In this document: positions 1-13,400 of the stretch, piece after piece
How positions within the stretch are numbered: position 1 is the stretch's first letter
Layout: each line of letters opens with the position of its first letter
Source of the DNA: Rhizodiscina lignyota
Taxonomy: Eukaryota
DNA: 64,000 nucleotides
NCBI GenBank assembly: GCA_010015805.1
Contig: ML978121.1
Coordinates: 1,240,001 to 1,304,000, forward strand
Direction of reading: 5' to 3'
The notes under the pieces: model-generated
What the model was told of the DNA's origin: nothing
Seen by the model: the letters and a program-made list of their open reading frames with translations, nothing else
Databases searched by the model: none
Made by a program: the position numbers and the translations under genes

Positions 1-103
1 TGTCCATAGCATCAAATCTCCTCACCTCTCGCGGGCTCGTTTATGTCCATCTCGATGACCTTCTACTTTGCAATACAAGAACATATCCTAACAGCATTGT
101 CAG

Positions 104-943
104 GGCCTCGTAGGACTCGTTATCCTCGGTACCAACGCCGAAGCCTTCCTGCTCACGCAATCCGAGCGCAAAGCCCTCATCTCGGCCGCTCGCAAAGCAT
201 GCGGTCCCACCTACCCCATCATGGCTGGCTGCGGCGGGCACAGCACAAAGCAGACCCTCGAGCTGCTCTCCGACGCGGCGGAAGCAGGCGCCGACTACGC
301 ACTGGTTCTGCCGCCTGCGTACTTTGGCAAGCAGACCACAACGCAGGTCGTTGAGCGCTTCTTCGACGAGGTGGCGAACCGCAGCCCACTACCGATTGTG
401 ATATATAACTTCCCGGGCGTATGCAATGGCGTGGATCTAGATTCAGATCAGATTGCCAGACTGGCGAAGAAACATCCGGGCAAGATTGTCGGCGTGAAGC
501 TGACATGTGGCGTAGTGGCGAAGATCACAAGGCTGTCGGCAGAGCTGCCCGCAGACACCTTCGCTACGTATGGCGGACAGTCTGACTTCCTGGTCGGCGG
601 GCTGGCAAGTGGTTCTGCGGGGTGTATCTGCGCGTTTGGGAATGCGTTCCCCAGAACAGTGGTTAAGATTTATGATCTGTGGAAGGCTGGGAAGCACGAT
701 GAGGCGCTGAAGCTGCACCACATTGCTGCTTTGGCGGAGAGGGGGACTAAGGGTGGAATCGCGACTGTGAAGTATGCTGCAAGCCTTTACAGCGCAGGGA
801 CAGGGAAGGGACAGGCCGGGATTGAGGGAGTTGAGAAGTTGTTACTACCAAGGCATCCGTACACTGAGCTTGGGGATGAGGCTAAGAAGACGCTAAGGAG
901 CATTATGGATCCGTGCTGGGAGGTTGAGAAGAGTCTGATGTGA
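104..943 (+). CDS. lga1: L-threo-3-deoxy-hexulosonate (2-keto-3-deoxy-L-galactonate) aldolase, DHDPS family; last exon only, 5' part lies outside the window
   Basis: Intron 3' end (CTAAC...CAG at 101-103) is followed in frame by GLVILGTNAEAFLLT, YNFPGVCNG and the Schiff-base Lys in VGVKLTC. Closely resembles fungal LGA1/GaaC of D-galacturonate catabolism. Confidence 0.88.
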   Translation, partial: GLVGLVILGTNAEAFLLTQSERKALISAARKACGPTYPIMAGCGGHSTKQTLELLSDAAEAGADYALVLPPAYFGKQTTTQVVERFFDEVANRSPLPIVIYNFPGVCNGVDLDSDQIARLAKKHPGKIVGVKLTCGVVAKITRLSAELPADTFATYGGQSDFLVGGLASGSAGCICAFGNAFPRTVVKIYDLWKAGKHDEALKLHHIAALAERGTKGGIATVKYAASLYSAGTGKGQAGIEGVEKLLLPRHPYTELGDEAKKTLRSIMDPCWEVEKSLM

Positions 944-1975
944 GAGGAGAAGAAAGGGAAGCAAAATAGCGTTTTATGAATATTCCCATGATTGGGTATC
1001 AGACGCTCATTAGAGCGGGTTGAAGACATAATTTGTGGCCAACACCGGGTCAGCACTCTTTATCAAGAGCAATGCATTTCCAGTAGAGTTATGGTGCGAC
1101 TGCTCCACTACTGGAATCTCATCACAATAGCATAGTAGATGTGATTTTCAAGAATCGAATCTCATTGAATGCTATCCACTAAGCTTATGCAAAAGGCGCA
1201 TGAAACCACCTTTGTGCGATCGTTCAGAAGATCCGACCACGCTCACGAGCTGCTACACCGCTCCTTACTCCCCAGCAAAAGTGACTATTTTTTTCTATAT
1301 TGTTTTTTCTTTTTGGATTTCCATTTTCTTTTTGCTTTTCACAATCCTATTCCCTCCTTGCGATACGCCGGTGGCGTTCGCAGCCCACTTTACTCCGTAA
1401 ATCCGCCTTGTCCTACAGGAGATCCGAGAGGTGTCGAAGGAACCCTGATTGGAACAAGTCGTACGTGTATACCGAAGTGAACAAAGAAGGGATCTAGTGA
1501 ATGCAGCCTTGCCAGCGCCTTGCCGATGCAGAGGGTATCATTCCACGTACGATCCTAATCCATGCCAACGCCGTGTACGTTCGAAAGCCGATAGGTGAGA
1601 CACGATAAGTGTCATGTGCACAAATGCAGTGCATTGGGTGATGAGAGGCGTACATTGTCGATCGTGTTCCTCAACAAATTGAATGGAGAACTCAATTTGG
1701 TTCCGTTCAGAAGACACAAGAATTAAAGGAAATGAAAGAGGTCAAGCAATTGGGGTATGTGAAAATCGGCAGGGTGGCAGATAGCACATGGGAAGCAAAG
1801 CAAATTAAGCCAGCTACTCGCCGGCGGGGGAAGATGGGAAAGAGGGCTATTACGGGGGTTCTGTGGTTAGTATTTTTCCAGCCCTGATAAGCTCTTGCAA
1901 TTGAAGAGCGTATCAAAGCATGTAGGTGGGGTTGTGCGTTCTGACTTGCACGGCGTGCCGACGAAGACTCGCTGC

Positions 1976-4900
1976 TTACAGATTCAGGATCTTTGTCGGG
2001 TCACCTAGGAACCAGCTGCGATACTGGACGATTTCCTTGGCAACGATGTCTGGATCTGTGGTGTTCGTTTCTCGCAGCCGCTTAAGGATCTCTTTGAGCC
2101 CGTCGGTCCACTTCTTCCGCTCTTCGTCGGTTCGTCCTGGGTTTTGTGTGCCAAGTTGGACGAGCATCATGTCATCTGTAAGGTTAGGATTGCGTAAGTC
2201 AGTTACAGAACATGGGGTGAAACATTGACAGACATGAAGGGGGGAAAGACTGGAGGATTGAGCGCGCGAAACATAAATGTGCAGGGAGAGACACGCGCAA
2301 GTATGTTCCAGAGTTGCTGGTGGACGCAAATCGTGATTTCGGCGCAGATAGTATAGACAAAATAGAAGCGGGAGATAAGAAATAGATATAGTCAGGGCCC
2401 CGAAAACGCACCAGTCAACTTCATATCCCGATAATGCTGGTACTTGCAACCCTTGTCGTTGCAGACACCATTGGCTGCTTCGAACGGACAAAGCTGCTTA
2501 TTCGAATCGATGTTGTGACTGTACGTCATGGATCGGAAGCCACCTTTTACATTCTCAGTAAATTGAGGATGATAGCGATAAGCTTTGAAGCTCATCAGAG
2601 GAGAGTCGTAGGGGCGATAATACCCTTCTGTGGCCGTTGGCGTGCGTTGCTCAGCTTCATCGTCCGCTGGACCAGCTTGGAGTTCTGGAGCAAGGTCATC
2701 AGCGAGAGGAGCTGTAGCAGAGTCCAGAACAGACGTTTCATTGTCCGCCATTGACTCATCACGAATCGCGATTCCAGAGCCAGAGCCAGAGTCTTGCAAG
2801 TCGCTGTCTGCAGATGGAGACTCATAAGGAGCTGGAGGCTCGTAATCTTCCTCCTCTTCCGCATCATCTTGGTCATCAGGAACCGCCACATCTGAGCCGA
2901 CTGGTAGGGCTGTAGCAACCATCTCCAGAGATTCGTCTGAGGGGTCTGGAGGCTCATAGTCATCCTCTCCGTCCATGGCAGCAACACCGTCGGAACTATC
3001 GCCAGACTCTTCATCGCCACTCGAAGTCAACTTCTGGGTGGTCATATCCTGCGCTTGCATCATGTCTAGCTCAACTGGGGTAGGTTCCGGTCCATGAGAC
3101 CCAAAGTTGGACTGAGCTGACTCCGCCGGTTGAGACTCGGCAATATTTCCATCCGACATAGGCACGTCCTCGTCAAGCTCCGCAATTGCAGGGATAGTCT
3201 GGGCACCCATGGGCAACTCAGTTGCAGCAATCGGTCCTTGGGATAGCACCTCCCCATCCTCTGACATCTCGTAGTCATCGGTTGCAGCCGTAGAGCCGAT
3301 ATTAGCTTGCGGGATGTCAGTCTGTTCTGCGGGCTCCGACGAATAAAAGTCTTCGGAGTCATCGTCGCCTTCCTGGGTCTCCGAGACTTGGCCTGTAATG
3401 GTCGCTGCAGGAACATCGCCGGCATCGGAATCTCCTTGATCTTGCTGATTGGCGTAGGCTGATACAGTGGCTGCCATTACAGGGCCAGGGCGTGCAGCAG
3501 ACTCGGTTTCCGTGTTCATCGGCCCATCTATTGAATCACGGTGTGCCCCCATGGTCTGTACTTCTGGTTCAGAGGCAAGTTTGCCCTCCGCTGTTGTTGG
3601 ATCATCAAATAGCTTATCTGCCGAACTATCATCGCTTGGGTCCTCGGTCGGCTGAACAGCGGAAAGAGGCTCCTGAAATTCGGTAGTATTCATGAGGTCT
3701 TCACCATCGGGCAACTGCTTCTGCTGGGCAGCGGATGTTGCCTCGGTTGTTCGTACGCCATCCGAAGGAAGTGTCAGCTCGTCTTCGACAGATTCAACAA
3801 AAGGAGAGGCATTGTCAGTAACTGCAGGCTTAGAACTCTGCAGAACTTCTTGCTCTTGTTGCTCTCTGATCTCGTCTCGGACGGCTTTCATCTCCTCATT
3901 GTCCATGCCTTCGGTATCGATACCCAGGTCTTCAAGTTCCTTTGCCAATGCCTCTTTCTCCACGAGACGCTGCTTATTTTCGGCTTCTAGAGCCTCCATC
4001 TCGCGTCGCAGAATCTCCATACGCGACATGTTGTTGGCAACTGCGGCATCAACTGTCTGTATATCTGATTCTCGCCCGAGCCTGTGCTCAACTGGCGACT
4101 CAGATCGAATGGACGAAGCAGACACATGTGTGGAATGAGAAGAGACTGAGTGTATTTCCATGGTGTCTGCTTGAGTTGGCAAAGACTCCAAGGCAGGTGT
4201 TACGGCCGTTGCTGCTGTTGCATCGGCTCTTGGCGCTCCCTTTGTAGATTCTGCGTCGATACTGTCCGATTTCTTGGATGGAGTCTGTGGTCTACTTTCG
4301 CCTGGCTTCTTCCTGGCTTCTTGCGCCCGGATCTTCGCCTTAAGCATAGCAATCTGGGCTTCCATTTGTGAAAGTTGACCTTTGGGAGGGGTGTTCACAC
4401 CAGCCGGGGTGTTAAATGTTGAGCTTCCCGTGCTAATGATACCTCGTGAAGGGAAATTGGTCAAGGGGCCAAGGTCACGAAGAGCCTTCTGTTTCGCACT
4501 TTGTTCATTGTTTGAAGTTGCAGCGTTTGCAGCGGTTGTGATGAGATCATCGACGTCGCCAACACTCACACCCCCATCATCACTCTCATCATCGCTAACT
4601 TCAATAATCATTTGCTCATCTTCAGCGTACGGATCATCCCCGAAGGTGGGTCGCTTGAATGGGCGCGGTGGGCTTGAGGAGCTGATATCATCAAAATCCG
4701 CGGCGACTGGCCGTTTTTTGGTCCGCGACTGGAAATTAGTTGGAGTTGAGGTGGTGGATGGTACTGGCTGAGCCGTTACGGACATAAACAACCCAGGTAT
4801 ACCGTTGGTTGGAGAGGCGGCAGGGATGAGTGGAGCAAGAGGTTGAGAGTCTGTTGGCACCGTGTTCGGAACCGGATCCTGGTCAAAGCCGAGATTTGGA

Positions 4901-6783
4901 GCTGAAAGATGAGCATTATCAGTCTGCCCCATCGGAGTTGGCTGAGAAGGCGCAGCTGCGGACCCTGGTGGTGCTGTTTGGTCAGGAGCTCTCTTGGCCT
5001 TTAGCTCGGCAAGCCTCTTTTGGAGAATTTCTGTCTGAAGTCTCTTCCTTGTCTCAACATCATCCTGTACTGTCGCCGGTGGAGCTTCGACAGGTTTAGG
5101 AGCAGACTTCTCCTCTGGGCTTGTGGAAGCTGCTCTGGCGCCAGCTTGAACAGTAGATGGATTCGATTCCAGAGCGACTCCTTGAGGCTGAGCAGGCGGT
5201 GTAGCAGAACTCGCGTTGCTCTTAGACGCAGGTTCTCCTGTCTTGGTTCCGACTTTCAGTTTGGCTGCTTTGAGTTTGGCAAGGTATTCTGCTCGGTTTG
5301 TCGGAGTGGGCTGAGAGTTATTTGACGCAGCTTTGGAGATGGGCTTATTGATAGCTGGAGAAGAAGGCTGGCCAGAGAGGAGGTTCGCAGCTGACTTTGG
5401 TTCCGCAGCTTTTGAAATAACACTCTGAGGTGGACGCGAAGAAGCAGCTGAGCTTTTAGCGGTAGTCTCCGCAAGGCCAGCGGAAGGTGCAGATGGCTTC
5501 GAAGGTCCTTTCTTAGCTGCCTTTGGAGCCGCGTTTTTGGCAGAAACCGAGGACTGTTCCTGGCCCATCGTGAACACCTCGTTCTGGTGCTGGGCTTCAG
5601 AATCAGACAGCTTAAGCTCCTTGTACAGGTTCGCGAGGGAAGCCCAGTCCGTGGTAGTGTTGAAGTAAAAAGTCTCGTCAACAAGATTCTTGAAGACGTA
5701 GCCGTAAAAGCTCAATAATGAAACAAACTTTCGGGCGTCTTCGTGCTGCTTAGACAGTGGTTGAGCTGCTTTGCTGCTTGCAGAGGAGGACCCCAAATCC
5801 GTGATGATTTGTTCAATCAGGCGGTTTGCCTCGGAGCTTTGAGAGATGCCTGCTGTCACTTGAGAGCTTTGTACAGCGTTCGGCGCCACAGCTGTGTTAC
5901 TCTGAGGAAGAGTTTGATTGACTGGTTTTGAAAGGGATCATCAGTCAAGGTCTTAGGACGTTGAAAGAAAAAAGATGCATCATGCTATCTCACCTTTTTG
6001 TACGCGTCCTTGTATAAGTTGTTGTGTTTCTGTTTGTTGACGAGAGTAGTTGGGTGGAGTGCGGGGTGAGGCGTGGTGAGTCGAGCGAAAGTTTTGAGTA
6101 GGCGCGCCAGGCGGCGAAGCGCGTGAGCGGTTTTGGGAGCCCGCCCGCCGAGGAGCAGGTGAATCATAAACTCGTGCTACAGATGATTAAGGCGTACGTC
6201 CTGTCAAAACGCCCAATAAAAGCTTACCAGATAAGGAGCCGCTCGATTCCACACGTCCATATGGAGGTCGGTAGCTATCAACAATGTTCCCAGGCATGTC
6301 CAAGTCGCCAGCAGCATCGGCCATGGGAACATCATAAGCAGAGCGACCTGCTGGTGATGCGGCCATATCCGTGTCACTCAGCTCTCCTTCTTCACGGTCT
6401 GACCGCGCAAGATCGGCGACTCTCCCTATATTGTTGCCGATATTGCTTCCTCCACGCGGTGTCACGCTCTCAGAAGGTGCGCTCAAAGGTCCTGGTGGAG
6501 GTTTGTTCGCGTTATGCTGAGGTGGAAGAGAAAGAGGCATGGGCGGGAATTGGTAGCCTGCGGCTTGAAGTTGTTGAAGGAGTGAAGCGATGTGACCAGC
6601 GTTGGGATCGGTCGAAGGTTGCAGAGGATTCATGGCAGGAAGCATCGAGTTCTGCTGGAACGCCCCCATGTTCTGGGTGTGAACTGCCTGTGAAGCAGTG
6701 TTGCTGCCTTCAGGCAAGTTCGACGAGGTGCTGTGCCCGTGCTGAGCAGAGGTTTGGAGGAACGGAACGCCGTAGTTAGCCAT
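1976..6783 (-). CDS. red1: Red1-like protein (MTREC/NURS scaffold) with C-terminal C3H1 zinc finger; exons 6783-6228, 6176-5994, 5921-2412, 2175-1976
   Basis: Four frame-compatible exons with GT-AG junctions. A long low-complexity/coiled-coil body is followed by YRPYDSPL..FKAYRYHP..TYSHNID..LCPFEAANGVCNDKGCKYQH, typical of fungal zf-C3H1/Red1 proteins. Confidence 0.75.
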
Positions 6784-7244
6784 CGTGGCTACTGCTTCCG
6801 AGTTGAGTAATGGCGTTATATAGATGAGATGAAATTTATCGATCTATACGGGCGTCACGCGGTACCACTATACGTGGATGTCCTCGAGTCAACTCGGGAG
6901 TCCAAGACATCGAGAAGGACGAGGTTTATACAGGATTTTCGCTCGAAATGCACTCCGTTTGTAGTGCCAATCCGGGTTGAATCGGCCCTTGCGCCGCGCC
7001 TGGAGAGATAAAGAGGCAGCTAAGATCTTGCTTCACGAGCATGCAGCCAGATAATAGCTGAGCAGGCAACTACAAAGAGATGGATGTGCAAAGGCAATGC
7101 GCGTGAAGGAGGTTGGGATGGCGCCGAACTCTTTCGATCTCTGTCGCTAAAGCGCCTCGAGCGCTAGAGCCTAAAGTGCGCAGCGAATGGGGGACCTGGA
7201 TGTCTTGGCACTTTGATCCCGTGACTGCGCGATCCCGGTAAGCA

Positions 7245-7253
7245 GTCACGTGA
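7245..7253. promoter_or_regulatory. GTCACGTGA E-box (Cbf1/bHLH-type site) in the divergent red1/myosin promoter
   Basis: Exact RTCACGTG match in the 690-bp divergent intergenic region. Motif match only. Confidence 0.3.
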
Positions 7254-7470
7254 TGAGTGTAAACAATCCCGCCCGCATCAACAATGGACAACGCGAGTAA
7301 CGACCAGTCGAAACGGCTCCTGCCTTCACGATCTTCGGACAACCGATTGTACATATGGCTTCAGTTTGGATGCGCTCATAATTCTCTTGCGACTTCACTG
7401 GATTTTACCCTTGGCTTTCAGATGATCTCGAAATCTCACAGTACCACGGCTCGGACTCCGCATAGCAACG

Positions 7471-10400
7471 ATGAGCGTACCAGCTCAGAACGGGCCCAAA
7501 TGGCGAAATAGCCCTTTCAATCGCAATGCATCAGTCAGTCCCTCTCCGACATCGTCCTCCGGGCATGCTCGAGCAAAGTCGACAATCGTGTCTTCGCCCA
7601 TGTCGCCGCTATCGCCCGCGAATGCCTCGCTCCATGCACGGAATCAATCATTCTCGCCGTTGGGCAATCTACAAAGCCTCACGAGACAGGATTCAACCCG
7701 GCTGCGATCCAACTCAAACAGAAGCAGCACAATTGCAGGAGGCACATTCACCCCGACATTTATTAAGACGGAAGCGGGGCAAACAGATACGGAGAGGGTG
7801 CGAGGCATAGAAGGAGAAAACGACTTCTCTGGAAAGAGATATATATGGCTGAAAGACCCAGACAATGCGTTTGTCAAAGGCTGGGTGGTAGAAGAGCGAG
7901 AAGGCGGTATGCTCTTGGTCCAATGCGATGATGAAACTCAACGCGAGGTTCAGGAAGAGAGCGTCGACAAAGTCAATCCGGCCAAATTCGACAAGGCCGA
8001 CGATATGGCCGAGTTAACGCATCTCAATGAACCTTCGGTGGTACACAACTTGCGCATGAGGTATCAAGCCGATCTGATCTACGTGAGTATTTGGTCGAGC
8101 TCGAATGATATTTGGACTGACTACAAACCAGACGTACTCCGGGCTGTTCCTGGTCACAGTGAATCCATATTGCCCCCTCCCAATCTACGGTCGAGACTAC
8201 ATCAACATGTACCGAGGGCGGAGCAGAGAGGATACGAAACCACATATCTTCGCAATGGCCGACGAAGCCTTTCGGAATTTGGTCGATGAAGGCCAAAATC
8301 AAAGCATCCTCGTCACTGGTGAATCGGGTGCTGGAAAGACCGAAAACACCAAGAAGGTCATCCAATACTTGGCAGCTGTCGCAACGTCTGATACGCCTCG
8401 AGCAGCCAAGTCAGTGCAAAAGCAAATATCAAACCTATCAGAGCAGATTCTACGCGCCAATCCAATTCTGGAGGCCTTTGGAAATGCGCAGACAGTCCGC
8501 AACAACAACTCTTCTCGTTTCGGTAAATTCATTCGAATAGAGTTTACACGCTCCGGGCAAATTGCTGGAGCGTATATTGACTGGTATCTGCTCGAGAAGT
8601 CACGTGTTGTTCACCTCAATTCGAACGAAAGGAATTACCACATCTTCTACCAACTCCTCCGTGGTGCGGATCGACGAATGAAAGACAGTTTCCTCTTAAC
8701 CGACAAGGATATTGAAGACTTTGAATACACCAGACAAGGCAATGACAGCATTACTGGAGTGTCGGATCGTGATGAATGGAACTCGCTCGTTGAAGCTTTT
8801 CATGTTATGAACTTCGACGACAAAGAGCAGAAGTCCATCCTCCGGACAATTGCTTCTGTTCTTCATTTAGGCAACATTTCGGTTATGAAGGAATCCCTCC
8901 GTGCTGACCAGGCCATGTTTGACTACGAAGCAGAACAACAATGCAAAGTGGTCTGCCAACTCCTTGGCATCCCTGCCGAAGCCTTCATGAAGGCATTGCT
9001 CCATCCACGCGTGAAAGCAGGCCATGAGTGGGTAGAGAAAGCGCAGACACCCGAGCAGGTGCGGCTATCCCTGGACGCACTCGCAAAAGGTATCTACGAG
9101 CGACAATTTGGCGATCTTGTGACGCGCATTAATCAACAACTTGATCGATCTAGCGGGGCCTCTGAAGATACGCATTTCATCGGCGTTCTAGACATTGCTG
9201 GTTTCGAGATCTTCGAAGACAACAGCTTCGAACAGCTGTGCATCAACTACACGAACGAAAAGCTCCAACAGTTCTTCAACCACCACATGTTTGTGCTCGA
9301 GCAAGAGGAGTATGCCCGAGAACAGATCCAATGGAATTTCATTGATTTCGGGAAGGACCTGCAACCGACGATTGATTTGATTGAATTGTCGAATCCAATT
9401 GGTATCTTCAGCTGCTTAGATGAGGACTCGGTCATGCCAAAAGCCACCGACAAGTCCTTCACAGAGAAACTCCATGGCCTTTGGGACCGCAAGACACCAA
9501 AGTACAGGCGGTCTCTGTTGCATAATGGATTTATGCTCACGCACTATGCGGCTGAAGTAGAATACAGCACTGAAGGCTGGCTCGAGAAGAACAAGGATCC
9601 GTTGAACGACAATGTGACGCGTCTCCTCGCAGCGTCTACCGACAAGCACTTTGCCGCTCTCTTTGCGGACTGCGCTGAGACGGACGATCTTGGTGCGACT
9701 CGCAGCCGAGTCAAGAAAGGCTTGTTCAGGACCGTTGCCCAACGTCACAAGGAGCAACTCTCTACGCTGATGGGCCAGCTACATTCGACACACCCTCACT
9801 TCGTCCGTTGTATATTGCCCAACCACAAGAAACGTCCGAAGCAGTTCCATGCGCCACTTGTTTTGGATCAGCTCCGTTGCAACGGTGTGCTTGAGGGAAT
9901 CCGCATCGCTCGTACGGGCTTCCCTAACCGTCTTCCCTTCGCTGAGTTTCGCTCGCGCTACGAAGTCTTATGTCCAGATATGCCCACGGGATACCTCGAA
10001 GGCCAAGTAGCGGCGAATATCATCTTGGAAAAGCTCAACATGGATCGTGCGATATACCGTGTTGGCCTCACGAAGGTGTTCTTCAGAGCAGGCGTCTTGG
10101 CTGAACTTGAAGAGCGGCGTGATGCTTTGATCAGCGAGATCATGGCTCGCTTTCAATCAATTGCTAGAGGATTCGTGCAACGGCGAATCGCGCACAAGCG
10201 GTTGTATAGAGCGGAAGCTACTCGGATTATCCAGCGCAACTTCCACGTGTATTTGGACCTACAAGCCAATCCATGGTGGAGATTGTTTGTTCGCATGAAG
10301 CCTCTACTCGGTGCAACACGGCAGGCGGCTGAGATGAAGAAACGCGACGATGCCCTCAGAGCAATGGAGGCAAAGGTTCAAGCGGAGGCTGAAGATCGAC

Positions 10401-13400
10401 AACGCGTTGAAGAGGAGCGCAGAAGAGCGGAAACCGAAATTCAGAAAATCCAGCAGACCTTGGAGAGCGAGCGAGCCCTGGCTTTAGACAAGGACGAGAT
10501 CTTCCGTCGCCTGCAGGAGCGTGAGGCAGAGCTTTCGGAGAAGCTGGCGGAGGCTATTGACGACCAAGAGAAGACCGAAGAGGAGCTTGATATCATGGTT
10601 CTTGCGAAGAAAAATGCGGATGATCACGCTGAAGTCTTGCGTAAAGAGTTGGAGCAGGCCGGCCAGATCATTGATCAGCTGGAAAGTGAGAAGAGAGATT
10701 TGGCGCAGCAAATCCAAGAGCTGGATCAGCAACTGGAGGACCTAGAGCATGCAAAGTCGCAGCGTACCGAGGCTGAGGAGCAACTGGAACAAGAAGTCAG
10801 GATGCTTACAAGCCAGGTCGCGTTGAAAGATCGCAAGGTCCATGATCTCGAAGCAAGGGTACTTAAGACCGACCAAGAACTCGACATCAAGCTTGCAGCC
10901 TCGAATAAGGAATTGAGTGCGTCAAAGGCTCAGATCAGACAGTTACTCGATGAGAACCGGCAGATCAGGCAACAACTTTCCGAAATTTCTTCAACGTCAA
11001 CAAGCTTCGAGGATCTCATCCGTCAGAAGGAGAGCGAGCTAGCCATCGTGAAGACCGACATCAAGAAGTATGAGTCTGATCGCAAACTCTTCGATTCCGA
11101 GAAGCGTACTTTAGCTTCGAAGCACGATACACTCCAAAGCCGACTTCGAGAAGTTCAGGGTGAGATGGAAGCCATCAAGTCCCAGAATACCAAGCTCCAG
11201 CGAGAAGCTGCGGATGCGAGACGAGCTCTAGAAGAACGCATCTCCGAAGCCCAAGGTCGGAAAATGCTAGAGCAGCAGATTGAAGAATTGAAAGGAGAGC
11301 TCTTCACTGTCCAGAAAGAGCTCAATCGCGAGCAGCAATCCAAAGCAGATCAACAGCTTCTAGGGGAGCATAAGCAAGAGCAGCTCAAGCGCGATTACGA
11401 GTCCCTCAATGAGTCCAAGATCACGATTGAGAAGGAGATGTACGCTCAGCAAGATATTCTTCGCCGTGCTACGGAAGCACGAAAGAATGCGGAAAATGAA
11501 CGCAAGGAGTACCAGGCTGAGCTTCGCGCGCTGAGGGAGAAGTTCGTGCAAGTGCAGGAAGAGAAGCTTGAAGCGCAGACTATTGCTGAGCGTAATGTCT
11601 CTAGGGCAGCGAATGAACGGTATACCGCTCTGCGAAAGGAACTCGATGCCAGAGACCAGCAGCTGAACGACATTGAGGCTGAGCGTAATCGCTTAGCGGA
11701 TCAAGTCCAGGGCTTGAGCAAGATGATGGCAGACTCTGACTCGTACAAGCTCCATCATGATAAAGATAAGGAGCGTCTTGAGCGAGAATTGGTCACCGTA
11801 AAGGGCAGATTGACAGCATCCGAGAACGACAACCGTGCACTGTTGAATAAGATCCAGCAGAAGAATCTGGACATTGCTCGATCGAACTCGAGGGCGGGAG
11901 ACAGCCAACGATCGCGCATTGCCCAGCTCACGACAGAGAAGTCCAAACTCGACGAAGAAAACAAGAAGCTGCTCAGACAGGTGCAAGACTCCCAGATCAC
12001 AATCACCTCACTTGAGAAGCAGAAGGAGAAGCTCGCTCTAAGCCTGGAAGACCTCAATCATGAGATGTCGAGAGAGCATAAGACAACGCGCAATGCCGAA
12101 GCTACTGCATCAACAGTAAATCTACAGCTGGCAGAAGTAAATCGGAAGCTGGAGACGGAGCGACAGCTACGCACCCAAGCGCAAACAAACTCAAAGACTA
12201 TTCAGTCGACACTGGATGACAGAGAAAGGGAGCTTGCAGAATGCCATGAGCAGCTTAGGCTTCTCTGCAAAGTTTTCGACCCTGAAGTACCAGAAGGTCC
12301 TCAAACTCCTTCTCCCTCACGGCCAGATATGTCCAAACATATCGACCTTGCGAAGCGTCTTGACGCGAAAGACCAAGCTCTAAGAGTTGCCAATGAGCGC
12401 TGTGTCCGTCTTGAAACCCAACTTGAAGACGCACGCAACCGACATTCCGATGAGATGTCCGAGCTCGACGCACGTCACAATAACTCCAGGCGCAACCTAC
12501 TGGAAGAGCTGAACCAAAGCCAGGTCAATACGCGACAGCAGTCTCCAATACCGTTCCGCGGCACCCCGAAAGAATTTGAAAACCGGAGGCCATTCTCTGG
12601 AGCAAACACGCCTCTAAATCAGCGCCATATCTCCAATGCCACAGACGATTCCGCCCGATCTGACCGCACAGTAGACACAATGACGCATGTGTCTCAAATG
12701 GACCAGCAGGCCGAGATCGATCTCTTGCAAAACCAGCTCCAGATGTCCAATATGCGCGTCAAGCACTTGGAGAATCAGGTTCGTCTATCTCCGAGCAAGC
12801 AAGAAAACGTGGATGATAGCCCTTCGGCTCGCCGCATGGAGAAGCTTGCTCGGGAGAACACACGCCTGCATCACATGCTAGATGACTCGACCAAGCAAAA
12901 CTCCGCTCTTCAGCGAGATCTGCAGACTGGTAACCTTAGCAAGCAGCAAATCTTAGCTACCGGCCACGACGAGCTATTCGACCTCATAACTTCGCAGGAA
13001 CAAAGCCGCAAGAAGCTCCAGGAAAGCCATAAGCACGCTATCACTGAGCTCGCCGAATCAAAGACCCATTTCGACGAGATCAGAACTGCTAAAGCCTCGG
13101 TAGAGGTGGAATTGCGAGACGCCAAGTCTGAGCTTCAGGATCTGCAGTACGAGCGCGAGCAAGAGAGCGCAAACCATGCGCAACTGTTGCAGGAATTCTC
13201 CGATTTGCAGATCAGACTTGATGGCGAGACGAGCAAATTGCTGGATGTCCAAGCGACCTTGAGTACCTACAGGTCTCGCGCGGATGAGTACTTCAGCAAG
13301 CTTGAGCAAGCTGAGATTGCCGTGCTGAAAGCGACCAGGGCAGAGCAATTTGCGAAGAGCCAGGCAAAGGAGGCAGAGGAACAGTGTGCAAGCATCATGG

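Noticed and set aside
1169..1500. Short ORFs and T-rich run, possible Pol III ncRNA
   Set aside because: No tRNA, 5S or snRNA motifs found. It is consistent with 3' flanks of two convergent genes.
2176..2411. Long introns (red1 236 nt; also permease 31916-32194 and qde-1 49527-49716) as snoRNA hosts
   Set aside because: No convincing paired C/D or H/ACA boxes seen by eye. An Infernal/Rfam scan would be needed.
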